DNA of 64,000 nucleotides from Octopus sinensis (GCF_006345805.1 NC_043002.1:29698001-29762000); one strand, 5' to 3'; numbered from the stretch's first letter, positions 11,521-24,074 are shown. The notes: a model not told the origin generated them from the letters alone. A program made the numbers and translations.

Positions 11521-13809
11521 AAATTTCGTTCCTTCATAAAATAAAACTTACTGTATAAAATTGACAGTCATATTGGTTGATGTAGAGTGGTACACTGCTC
11601 ACTTCCTGAGATTAAAAGGATGTTCGCTTTGCAACCACATGTACATCTATTTGTATATACAATGTGCTTAATGTAACCAAAGGAGAAAAATAACGCAAAG
11701 ACAAGCTAGCCACTAAGCAGAAAAAGAAAAACTTACATCCGTAAAGGGTTTACACTTTCGAGTAGAAATATCAAAGAAATAAACCATCCAACAAAACCTC
11801 CTTAGTGAATGATGGTCCGGTAGTGATTGCGGAAATGAATGCATGAGAGGATATAATGGACCACACATATGCCACCCACCTCAGTCACGATTTCAGTTCC
11901 CACCAAGCACTTGTTCCTGTAGAATCGTTGGACAGTCAGTCAATAAGACTACTCCTCAGATGCTGAGAATTCAAATGAGAATATCTATGACGCTCTGCAT
12001 TGAGGTGGTGATTGGGTGATTGTGAAGGGTTATCCAAAATAGTGAAAATACTTAACCAGCCATTCTTTTATTACGAGAGACATGCAAGCAAGAGAAAAGT
12101 TTCGCTGGAACACACACATCACCCTTACGGGCCACATTTTTATCTGGGTTTGAGCCAGTAGGTCTATGTAGGTGGCCATATTTTAAAGCACTGCAGAAAG
12201 AATGGTGGAACAATGTGAACCTCCTGGTTAGCAATTTTGTGGAATATCAGAGACGATGGAGAATTTATGCGCATCACCATACATACGTCTAAAATTTCGA
12301 TTAAAGTCACATCTCTCTTTTCCTACATATATGTTGGTCGAAGTGCTCATTTACTGAACATACTAACATATTTAGTATGCACTCCGACTGGATCACACGA
12401 CTCTCGAAACACGTACCAGGCAATTTCCTGACTTTTGTACCAAGCGAAAGGAAAAACAAATACTCCGAATATTTTTTAGTGTTTGAAAGAGAGGTTAAAT
12501 TTCTTCGCCTTTTGAAAATTTAATCGTTTAATATCGTAGTAGTGAAGTTTATGCAGTATTTATAGGCCCCGTGGTATAAAATGTTTTCTGGTCGTAGGTT
12601 CAGCTTAATTGTATTACATTACTTACAGCCATTTGTTTTGACGTTTGTGGTTTCGTTTATTTATGTTACGATACTGATTTCGACACAATATTTGTGAATA
12701 AATAATTGATGTGCATTCAATCGACTATGAAATTTCTACTTATATAATTTCGTTCTACGACTTAGCAAATTTAGTTCGTTCATCTGCTTGTAGTGTCTCG
12801 GTTTCTATTCTCATTTAGAAATATTTTCTTTCATTCTTTGCCATGTTCATTCTTCGTACACTTATTTGTTAGATACATATTCATGAAACTATTGTCGTTA
12901 ATGGATTTCAGGGGCCACTGTCTGTGTCATATACCAATGTTTCAACAGTTTGTAGAGGGATTTCATTGAGTAAACATCTCGTTGTTAAGCTGACAAACAT
13001 GCTATACTTACTCATTGGCCTTGATCTAAGACTAAGAAACCGCTTACTTCACAGCGTACCATTTTACTTAGCAGTAAATGTAAACCGCGGATTGAACTCA
13101 TTATAAAACTGGAGTCGCTATAATACTGTAAATTCGTTGAGGGTTTCGTTGATTTGAGTCCAATTTCTTCTCCAAGAAGTGATACATATTTTAGGATTTC
13201 ATATTTAGACCTATGATGAATATAATAATAATCGTTTCAGATACTCAGACAGGAAAATTGAAAAGATTTTAACGTATTGCTGTTGTTTTGTTGCATAATG
13301 TTAGTTCAGACTCCATCAAGCAAACATATGAAATAGGCAGCCAGCGTGACCATCGAGTCTCATTTTTTTTTTTGGCGCTTTACACTTAAGATTACTTTTT
13401 CTAATTTAACATATTCTAAGGTGCTTGTGATAATTAAAGATCAACTTCTGTCTTCAGCAAGAGAAGTAACCATGTAAATGCTTTCTTGCACATTGCCGTG
13501 TTTATCTGTGTGGTCGCGGTGGGATTCGGCTACTTTGTTGAAGCAGATTAAATTAGTAACTAATCAGACATTTAGCATATAAACTATGGTAATGTGACCT
13601 GTTCACAACAAACATGTTCCTATCGTATTCTAAGTCTCTTGAAGTTGATTAATAAAGCGTCTCAAAAAGGATACTGTACTTGATTAGGCCAACGAATTAT
13701 TTTCTTTTACATGAAATAACACTATAGTAATAAGCAAACAAAAAAAAGCAATCATATATGTACACACACATACATGGACATATACATAACGGATCTAAAT
13801 ATAATTTTA

Positions 13810-14018
13810 TCTAGTTTTTGGCACCAAGTCGAAAATTTAGAAGGTAGGAGTAAGTTAATTACATCGACCCCAGTGCTGAACTAGTACATGTTTTATCGAT
13901 TACGAAAGGGGGAAAAGCAAAGACGACCTCGGTAGCATTTGAACACAGAACGTGAGGACAGATGAAATGCCGCTATCTATTTTGTCCCTCGTGCAAACGA
14001 GTCCGCTAGCTTACCTCC
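13810..14018 (-). mobile_element. tRNA-derived SINE, family B
   Basis: Reverse of the ggcggcgagctggcagaatcgttagcac...gaggtcgactttgcctttcatcc...gtaccagtt...ggggtcgatgtaat pattern seen in other copies. Confidence 0.75.
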
Positions 14019-14526
14019 GTACACCTACATGTATAAATGGAACATAAATTTTTTTGAATCGCTTTTACGTTCAACTACCCATGTGGGACAGAGAAAGAAT
14101 CCGTGATAACTGTCAAAACGTTCAAATTGACCTCGGTCATACAGTTTGTATCGTGGTCTCAGATATTTATCGCTATTCATCACGCGTCAAGAGAATCTGT
14201 GTTAAAGGAAACGAGAAGAAATTTCTACTTATGCCAGCACGTCAAAATAATCTCATTTCTTTTACATACGAATAAAAGTAAGCAGAGAATTATTATAAGG
14301 TTTCTACGCAAGAAAAAATCGCGTAATTCAATCAGTTTCAATGTATGACAATGTATGGGCTTCATCTATTATTGTCCATGTTATGCTGGACACGTAGATA
14401 AAAGCACACACATATCCACGCACAAAAAAAAATACATCTATTCATTTATCTTTACCTGTCTCTCCCTCCCTTCTCTCTCTACTTATATATTGCGTGTATA
14501 TATATATATATGTGTGTATGTGGGTG

Positions 14527-14558
<32 letters not shown>

Positions 14559-14563
<5 letters not shown>

Positions 14564-14842
14564 GTTGTATACTGTCAATCTAACGTGAACATGACAGTAG
14601 GGGATTACAGCACCGCTGTTTAGCCCTAGGAAGCATCGACGCTTCCTGATGGCTTCGACACATTTTTTCCTGTGTCCTTATATATTTACGAAGGGGTTTG
14701 TCTCCCCTTCGTAAATATATAAGGACACAGGAAAAAAAATGCGTCGAAGCCATCAGGAAGCGTCGATGCTACATAGGGTTAAACAGCGGTGGGTAATCCC
14801 CTACTGTCACGTTCACGTTAGATTGACAGTATACAACCATTC
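14559..14842. mobile_element. Palindromic MITE (fold-back), 284 bp, TA target duplication
   Basis: Arms 14559-14696 and 14704-14842 are near-perfect reverse complements with a 7-nt loop (tttgtct). TA flanks both sides and the element sits at the end of a (TA)n tract. Confidence 0.9.
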
Positions 14843-14980
14843 TATCGCCCCACCACCGTACATATCTCTATGAGATATTTAGAAATTTAATATTTCTGAT
14901 ATATATATATATATTTATATAGGAATACACACACACACATACAAAAATATATATATGAAGATATAGCATTTGTATATACG

Positions 14981-15033
<53 letters not shown>

Positions 15034-15041
15034 TGCGATGT

Positions 15042-15408
15042 AGTGGCTGTGTCTTCAGATCACTTCCCAACCACATGGTTCCGGGTTCAGCCCACTGTAT
15101 GGCATCTCGGGAAGTGTCTTCTATTATAGACTCGGGGCGACCAAAGCCTTGTCAGTGGATTTGGTAGACATAAACTGTAAGAAGCGCGTCGTATTTGTGT
15201 GTGTGTGTGTGTGTGTGTCTTTGTGCCTGGGTTTGTCCCCCCATCAGAGCTTGATTACCGGAGTTGGTGTGTTACGTCCCGATAACTTAGCGGTTTGGCA
15301 GCAAAGAACGATAGAATAAGGACTATGCTTAATGTAACAAGTCCTATGGTTGATTTGTTCGACTAAAATACCCTTTACAGCGGTGCTCCAGCTTGGCCGC
15401 AGTCAAAT
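15042..15408 (+). mobile_element. tRNA-derived SINE, family A
   Basis: Head agtggctgtg...ccaaccacatggttccgggttcagcccactg, internal (TG)n, tail ...ggcggtgctccagc..ggccgcagtcaaat. Confidence 0.85.
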
Positions 15409-15628
15409 ATAGGGGGGGAGAATTCACAAAATAGGATAAAACGGAGACAGGTGGTGTAGAAAACGAACAGATGTATTAGTATGATATATATATATATATA
15501 TATATATATAATTGCTGTTTTTACTGAGATCTCCCTTTTTAGTAGAAGAAATAGCTATAACTCTTTGACTGCTATTTCTAAATTCGGTATGTGGTAAGGC
15601 AATTCGTTGCTAAACCCTTTATTGCTTA

Positions 15629-15686
<58 letters not shown>

Positions 15687-16337
15687 ATATATATATATGC
15701 ATGTATGCATACATAAGTATACGTATATATAAAATATACACATATACATACACTTCAGTCAGAAACACTCTTTCACAACGAACTTTTGCACCTGATCCAA
15801 GTAACAAAGATGATTTTCTCATTAGCTAAAAAAAGAAGTATTAAAAAAACATGAATTAATTTGATAAAAATGACAAACTCTAGGTTATTAGAACATATGA
15901 AGCTAACTAAATAATCGGCATGCATTCAAGAACTTCCGTTACAAGCACATCTACCATGTAACAACGCATCTCTCTTAATAAATTGGCGGAAAACCGGCCA
16001 GACAAGTGCGTGCTCAGGTGAGCAGCGTCAAAGGTGACTAGAAACCGCTTGACATATGACTAGACACAAATCAAAAGCAAACACGAAATATAACAGTCTA
16101 GTTAATCAGGGAGCATATGTTAATATAGTGTTACATATACCTGTGTACAGGTGTGCCAATTACTAATTAACGTTGAAATTATGAGTATAGAATAAATACC
16201 GCACATTTACTTTCAGGTATGTATTTTTATGTGTTATTTTTATACTTAATTTCTTTTTTATAATTTTACGTTTCTTTTTTCCTATTAGAAAGAATGACAC
16301 ACTCCTGTCTGTGTGTATGCGTGTGTGTTTGTGTGCG

Positions 16338-16399
<62 letters not shown>

Positions 16400-16504
16400 A
16401 TGTATACGTGAATGTTTATATATTTCTTTATATACATATACACTACTTATAAATGTATAAATGTGTATACATCAATATATATATGCAAATACACACTCAC
16501 ACAC

Positions 16505-16549
<45 letters not shown>

Positions 16550-16679
16550 CATACACAAAGAACTATCTTTTCACATACACGCACGTATATATATATAATA
16601 TATACACTTCTGCATCAATTATTATTATTCTATTTTTTCTTCATTTTTCAGTTTTCATTTTCTTCTTCCTTCTTCGTTT

Positions 16680-16711
<32 letters not shown>

Positions 16712-16734
16712 TTGTTGTTGTTGTTGTTGTTCTT

Positions 16735-16762
<28 letters not shown>
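16680..16762. repeat. Compound microsatellite (GCT)n(GTT)n(CTT)n
   Basis: Read directly from the sequence. Confidence 0.95.
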
Positions 16763-16765
<3 letters not shown>

Positions 16766-17280
16766 GACGAACTATAGTATGAAGTTAAATGCAGTATTTA
16801 TTGCGAGTATCTGAGCTTTGAGTTCAAATTCCATTCCCGTCTCATTGCTGCACAAATTGGAAAGTCATTTCTTTCAAACCGGGACACATGAGGTTTATGC
16901 AAATGTCCGGGACACATTAGGTTATGCAAATGTCTGCGATTTCTCCATGCTAGTGGAGGGTTCCACATTTCAAAAGGTCGGGAAATCAGCACTATCCTGG
17001 AGGAATACCAGGAATTAAGAACTCACGTTTTCCGGGAAAATTCAATAGAGAGAACAATACCTTGGGAATGGTGTTTCTCTCGCTGAACAAAGAGTTTGGT
17101 TATAAACGGAGAAGTGGTCTGTTACAGAGTGGCTAAAGATGAAGTTGATCTTCCAAGACTTCATGAAATAGTGAACTATAAGGTAGTTATAAGTTGCATG
17201 GCTTTTGTGCCATGTCCCAGTATATCTGGGAAGATGAAGGGTATGCCCTTTCACTCATTGAGGAAGAGGTGGTATACATA

Positions 17281-17604
17281 AGGAGCACTCCGTCGGTTAC
17301 GAAGACGAGAGTCCCAGCTGATACGATCAACGGAACAGCTTGCTCGTGAAATTAGCGTGCAAGTGACTGAGAAATCCACAGACACGCGTACACCTAACGT
17401 AGTTCTCAGGGAGATTCAGCATGACACAGTGTGTGATAAAGCCGGCCCTTTGAAATACAGGTACAACGCATTTTTGCCAGCTGAGTGGACTGGAGCAACG
17501 TGAAATAAAGTGTCTTGCTCAAAGACACAACGCGTCGCCGGGAATTGAACTCACGACCTTACAATCGTGAGCCAAATGCCCTAACCACTAAGCCACGCGC
17601 CTTC
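17281..17604 (-). mobile_element. tRNA-derived SINE, family C, near full length
   Basis: The minus strand begins gaagg-cgcgtggcttagtggttagggcatttggctcacgattgtaaggtcgtgagttcaattcccggc, a tRNA-like head with A and B boxes. Its central domain is shared with 57700-58096. Confidence 0.85.
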
Positions 17605-18589
17605 CCATCGCCAGACTATATATGGTTAGAGAGAGAGAGAAAGTGAGAGAAACAGGAACAATTACCGGGCGGGCTACTTGGTCGTCGAATGAGCACGACA
17701 ATTACAAATGATAACACATTATATATCCAGCCGTTGTCAGCTATGGAAACTTAAACAAGAAAAGCTTGCACAACAAGCCAACGACAAGTATGAAAGTCAA
17801 GCAGCCCAGGCTGCTTCTCTTTCGGCAGTATTGCCAGGATTTATATCAGACCAACATTCTGAAAGCAGCTTTATTTAAGAGAAAGCTAAAAGGCATCGCT
17901 CGAACCCAGTATTTCAAAGTCTCTGCGTTATTATTAGATAGTTGATGACCTTATCTTTGCAACATTCAATAAAACAAGATAACCAAATAAAGAATTAGTA
18001 AATTAATTATTAATAAAATAACCTTTTCCGTGTAAATAATATACAGGGTGTAGTCAGACCTTTTTGTGTGTAAAAATACCTACATTTCTCGTATTTCATG
18101 TATTTAATATATTTTGTATTTTGACCGGCCCAACTTGCTTATCCTTACATTTACTTTCCTAATTGCTCGAATTTAAACCTCTTGAGCGCGCTAAGTGTAT
18201 TCTATAACGAGAGTATTTGATTCCCATCAATGAACTATAATAGTATTATTGTCTTTTATTAATTATTTTGTAACATACTTGAAAAATGGTCTCTGATGAT
18301 ATGCAGTTAATATTTTAATTAAACCTGTTGTCGAGATTGCGCTACTTATGCAAGCCGGTCAGTCCGATTTTTTTTTCAAATTACTAGTAATAGAATATTA
18401 AATAAATATGTTTACATAGTGTTTCTGTGAACAGTTAAAAACGTTACATACGTTATATACGCATACGAACAGAAATATATATACAAATATAAACACTTAC
18501 ACGAACACATATACAAGTGCATTCGAAAAGGTTTACTGTAATTGCGGATAGTAAACACTTTATTGATATCATTATCAGCTGGTCGTAAT

Positions 18590-19345
18590 GCGGCGAGCTG
18601 GCAGAATCGTTAGGACGTTCTGAGTTCAAATTCCTCCGAGGTCGACTTTGCCTTTCATCCTTTCGGGGTCGATAAATTAGTACCAGTTACGCACTGGGTT
18701 CGATATAATCGACTTAATCTGTTTGTCTATCCTTGTTTGTCTATCCTTGTTTGTCCTCTCTGTGTTTAGCCCCTTGTGGATAGTAAAGAAATAGGTATTT
18801 CGTCTGCCGTTACGTTCTGAGTTGAAATTCCGCTGAGGTCGACTTTGCTTTCATCCTTTCGGAGTCAATAAATTAGGTACCAGTTACACACTGGAATCGA
18901 TGTAATCAACTTAATCAGTTTGTCTGTCCTTGTTTGTCATCTCTGTGTTTAGCCCCTTGTGGGTGGTAAAGAAATAGGCATTTCGTCTGTTTTTGAACTC
19001 TGGGTTCAAATTTCGTTGAGATCGATGTTGACTATCTTTTTAATGTCGATAAAATAAATACCAGTTGAGTACGGGTTCACTGTAATCGACTTAAAACTTC
19101 CTCCCAAATTCCTACTCATGTGCGAAAATTCGAAACCGTTATTAGCCTATTGCAGTGAGCTGGTCGAATTATTAGCACGAAGAACAAAAGGTTTGGCGGC
19201 ATCTCGGGTGTCTTAAAGTTCTGAGTTGAAATGACACAGATGTCTATTTGACTTTCATCGTTTCGGAGCCGACAAAATAAGTGCCAGCTGAGCACTCCCA
19301 CACCCAGATTTCACGCCTTGCGTCAACAGAAGAAAGGGTTATTAC
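18590..19345 (+). mobile_element. Head-to-tail array of four family-B SINE units
   Basis: Units of about 170-205 bp start near 18590, 18796, 18978 and 19150. Each repeats ctgagttcaaattcc..gaggtcgactttgc..tcatcctttcgg.gtcgataaa. Confidence 0.85.
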
Positions 19346-19615
19346 TATGTCCTAATCGCTTTATATTCTTGGTGCTCTCTGTGAATTAATTTGAGGCATC
19401 ATCCTCAAATGATTAAAGTGGCCTCCAATTCACACACACACACATACACACATACACATACACATACATACACACACACAATATACATACATTATATATA
19501 TATATATATATACATATGTTTATCAATTCGATTTGCAAGGTTCCTGATGTGAAATCGTGTGATGAAATAGATCAGAATGGAGCAAGTGGAGCAAGGACAC
19601 ACACGGAAACGAAAA

Positions 19616-19661
19616 GTGTCACTGAAGAGGTCACAGATGTGTGACGAAAGATTTCCGGACA
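19616..19661 (+). ncRNA. Type I hammerhead ribozyme fold (degenerate helix I) in a short (TA)n-flanked repeat at about 19515-19710
   Basis: CTGAAGA at 19622-19628, extra G, helix II gtcaca(gatg)tgtgac perfect, GAAA at 19646-19649, near-palindromic agattt, TC (C19655). Helix I is tgtc/gaca with disrupted inner pairs. Confidence 0.6.
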
Positions 19662-19714
19662 ACGGACAGGCGATAGAATTATAAAATAACAGTAATAAAT
19701 GACTGAAGAATATA

Positions 19715-19805
<91 letters not shown>

Positions 19806-20769
19806 GTGTGTTTATTTGCAAAAAATAAATAAATAAATAAACTGACCATCCCGAAATACAACAATATATATGTGTCTGTGTCTATATATATGTATATGTG
19901 TGTCAGTGTGCGTGTATGTAACTACCAGTGTATTAACGTATCAAATAAGCATATGTATATGCGTGTGTATCCATATATGTATATACGTATATGTGTGTTT
20001 GTATTGGAGTCTGTTTGTGTATGTTTATGTATATATGTGCATAGATAGTCTCCTGAACTTTGATTCTTACCTTCAAAGACATAAAATGTAACAGAAACAC
20101 ACACACACACACACACACACACATCCACACATACCTACCATCTCTCTCTCTCTCTTTTCCTCTGCCTCGTATGCACGTACATACACGGACACATGCACAC
20201 ACACATACCCCTCCCTCAACACACACATGCAAAGCACATATCTACATACATTGATGGAGCCATCAAACCAATCTTCTCTATTTTACTACGTTTTGGCAAT
20301 ATATTGTGTGATGTGTGGTAATCTACATCACAAGCAAAAATATCGAAATAAGCTTTTTTTATTTTTATTTTTATAAAACATACTGGCCATATCAGAAAAA
20401 AAACCTAAATATTCCTCCACAACATGTCAAGATACCAAAGTCTTCACACAGATATTTTTTTATATTATTATATTATATATTTACCATTGTTTTTATTCTT
20501 TAATGTTGAATCGTGTTCAGAAAATCAGGCAAGCAACAGGAATTTCTTATGTTTATGTTTGTTGTTTTTGTATTACGAATTTTGCTGTCTTCATTTTTTT
20601 TACGTTTTAAATTTTATCTGCTGTTTTTTTTTTTTTTCGTACATGAAATATAAGCGGTTAATCCTTCGTTAGATAATGCCCGCGGGATGTATAGCATCGG
20701 CTTTACATTGTTTAGGACCTGGTGTAAGCGCTTACAAACGCACACACAACTTACATGTACATGCTAACA

Positions 20770-20817
<48 letters not shown>

Positions 20818-20970
20818 AATATCACGAAAGCCGCGAGGATGTCGGTGCTGTCTCAGTTATTGTGATCTATATATATTTACACACACACACACACACATAC
20901 TCAAAGAAACAAATAAGCAAAGTGGGCACATGTAGCACACAAATTTTTTATACATATGTACATATATAAT

Positions 20971-21016
<46 letters not shown>

Positions 21017-21597
21017 TATGTGTGTTGTGTGTGTGTGTGTAAAACTATTTATATTTATCCTATATTGTATGTATTTATAAATATGTGTGGTGAGTATATA
21101 TATATATATCCCAACCTGGCCGCAGTCCATGGTCTAAAACCAGTGAAAGGTAATAGTAATATATATATATATATATACATTGGTAGATGTATGTGAATGT
21201 ATGCACATAGACATACACGAATATATACATATATACATACATGTATAATATTTATATATACATTGACATTAATGTGTGGAACGTGTGGGTGTTGTTTTCT
21301 TGAATAGTGATAATGGAGTAGTGTAACGAAGACTTATGGTGTGTCTGCGATATGGTCTGCTCTGCGATATGGTCTGCTTTGGGCTCTTCAACTGTTGACA
21401 TATATTGTCGAAAGCAATAGATATGGCTAGAAACTTGTTGGTATGTCAGAGTATATTCCTTTGTCGACGTATCTCTGATAGTTGCTTATATGTTGAGGTA
21501 TATTCACAAGTTGCAAAGACACTACCAATATCGATCTGTTTAGATACGTATAAATTTAGGCACACTCGCTTACAAGTATTAATACATACGTCATTAA

Positions 21598-21650
<53 letters not shown>

Positions 21651-21779
21651 TATATATATATTAATATATTTAAATATTCATGCGTTTAAATGAAGTCCTG
21701 GCCTTTGTAGTACTTCACTAAAAACATGCTCTTGCTAAGTTTTCTTCCAGTTTGTGTTTGATAATATATAAGCAAATAT

Positions 21780-21995
21780 CGATTTCAAATTTTGGCAAGT
21801 CAGCAATTCCTGCGGAAGCGGTAAATCGATTCCATAAACCCCAGTGTTCAACTAGTACTTATTTTATCAAAAAACCCAAGAAAGAGGAAAGGCAAAATCG
21901 ACCTCGGCATAATTTGAACTCAGAACGTGAGGATGGACAATATACCGCTCTGCTTTGTGCCCAAAGCGCTAACGTTTCTCCCAGCTGGTCGCCTT
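21780..21995 (-). mobile_element. tRNA-derived SINE, family B
   Basis: ...ccccagtgttcaactagtacttattttatc...cgacctcggcataatttgaactcagaacgtg... matches the other family-B copies. Confidence 0.75.
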
Positions 21996-22189
21996 TATAT
22001 AAACATGTATTGAAAACGGTAATTGCTTATTCTTCCTGACGAAGCACTAGGAGAATTCAAGATATTTTCTTTCTTATGTAGATTTAAAATATTTTCAACT
22101 CGAGCGTTTTATGCTGAAGGAAGAGACGTGTGTACGTCAGGATACATATTTCATATTTTTATATCATATTTTATACTTTTATAACATTA

Positions 22190-22700
22190 TGCTAGAAATT
22201 TGGAAAGGACATGCTGTAGTGCTTGGCATTCGTGCCGGAAATTCCTATACGAACGTTTCTGTGCTTGAGGAGAGTGCAAACTGAGGACATGTAACAAGAG
22301 TGAGAAAAATCGAACATCCAGTCAACATCCTGGTGTTTGGAGTGTTCACTAGTGATGGCAATGTTATGCCTCCATTCATCTTCCCACACGGCCTCAGACT
22401 CAACACAGAGGCCTACATCAAGTGCCTGGAGGAGGTAGTGCTGCCCTGGGTCAAGAGGGTGTCTGCTGGAAGACCCTACTATGTCTGGAAACAGGACTCT
22501 GCGGCATGTCACACAAGCAAGATAACCCAGTCATGGCTGTCAGGAAATTTCTGCGACCACATCACCCCTAACATCTGGCGACCTAATCCAACAGATTGCA
22601 ACCCCCTTAGTTATTATGTGAGGGTCGCATTTGAGCAAGAGACCAACTAATCTCCTTGTAGCACCACATATGATCTGAAGCCGATTTTATTGACTAAATT
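22190..22700 (+). pseudogene. Internally deleted DD37D (maT-type) Tc1/mariner transposase remnant
   Basis: ORF 22300-22650 (HPVNILVFGVFTSDGNVMPPFIFPHGLRLNTEAY...WKQDSAACHTS...WRPNPTDCNPLSYY) has 37 residues between D2 and the third catalytic position, which is now S. An N-terminal piece (EIWKGHAVVLGIRAG) is fused directly upstream. Confidence 0.85.
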
Positions 22701-22891
22701 TACTTTTTAGTATTTCTAGATATTTTTATGAAATTTTGGTAAATATAGTTGTCCCAACCCAACAATTTCAGGCCTTGTGCCTAGATTAAAAAAAGACAAA
22801 ACAAATCATTTGTGCAGGTCGTTCGGCAAAAGCTGAACCCTCCTATGTCGTCTTTCATGGTAGAATCCTAATCAACACACACACACACACA

Positions 22892-23005
<114 letters not shown>

Positions 23006-23547
23006 TATATACAGATGCACCCGCACAGAACAATGATTTGATGTGCATACGTTGACGCAAGCTTTCATAATCCGGATTTTCATGGACACGAGAACACTTA
23101 TCTGCTCTTTCTAAATGATAAATACATGAAGAGACTAAAAATAAAAACAAACAAAAAAACGGTGAAAGAATGTATTTGAAAATGTGAACAGATGTCAAAT
23201 AAAGACATTGTTGGTGGACAGTAGATAGTCGTATACTGAAATTAGATAATATATCGACTAACAGCGAGGCAGATGGAGAGAATGACGTAAGTACACATTG
23301 ATAAATAAATATAGAATATAACACATAGATAAGAAACTCTGTGTACATTTGGCGATAATTCTTTGCTGAAGTCTAGAAGAAAATAGTAATATTGACTAGG
23401 GGGATAAGTGAATATAAACTTTTGTTGGCAGACAGATGGCTGGCGACAGCCGAATGGATGAGAATTTCGCTTTGTAATCTCTAAATTCTTGGTTCGGGCG
23501 ATACTGCTAGTATATATATATATGTGTGTGCAGGTATATAATATATG

Positions 23548-23765
23548 CATAAATAAGGCGTTGAACTAACAGAATCGTAAGGAAGTCGGAAAAACTGCTT
23601 AGCAGCATTTCATCCGTCTTTACGTTTTTCGTTCCAGTTCCGCCTTTCATTCCTCAAAGTTGATAAAATAATTACCAGTTGATCAGTTGAGATCGATATA
23701 ATCGACTTCTTCCCTCCTCTGCAATTGCTGGCCATGTGAAAACATTTGAAATCAAGACGTATGTA
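23548..23765 (+). mobile_element. tRNA-derived SINE, family B (decayed)
   Basis: aaggcgttgaactaacagaatcgtaag...catttcatccgtctttacgtt...ttcattcctcaaagttgataaaataattaccagttg. Confidence 0.65.
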
Positions 23766-23849
23766 TGTCTGTATGTATGTGTTTATATATATATATATAA
23801 TATTAATTAGAGACAAAACCACTATTTTGCAAATCAAACAAAGAAAGAC

Positions 23850-23958
23850 TTAATCCAATACATAGGTGTTTCGCTCATACATATCACCCGGTCTAAGATT
23901 AGACTCGCGATCCCTCGACCGCGTGTCCGCTTCTGTAACCATTAGGCCATGTGCCTCC
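23850..23958 (-). mobile_element. tRNA-derived SINE head, family C-like
   Basis: Minus strand ggaggcacatggcctaatggttacagaagcggacacgcggtcgagggatcgcgagtctaatc is tRNA-like. Confidence 0.6.
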
Positions 23959-23968
23959 ATATATATAT

Positions 23969-24019
<51 letters not shown>

Positions 24020-24043
24020 ACAGATAGAGAGAGAGATACATAC

Positions 24044-24074
<31 letters not shown>

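Noticed and set aside
12052-12234. Strong minus-strand acceptor (ttctttctgcag) and GTAAGG donor suggesting an exon
   Set aside because: Another frame reads ATYIDLLAQTQ..MWPVRVMCVF, resembling a decayed REL-LINE C-terminus. There is no independent support for an exon.
18590-19345. Regularly spaced repeats as a CRISPR-like array
   Set aside because: The units are whole SINE copies with no unique spacers, the DNA is eukaryotic, and there are no cas genes.
21344-21377. 17-bp tandem duplication (a similar 19-bp one lies at 49286-49323)
   Set aside because: These are ordinary slippage duplications with two units and no spacers; they are not CRISPR-like.
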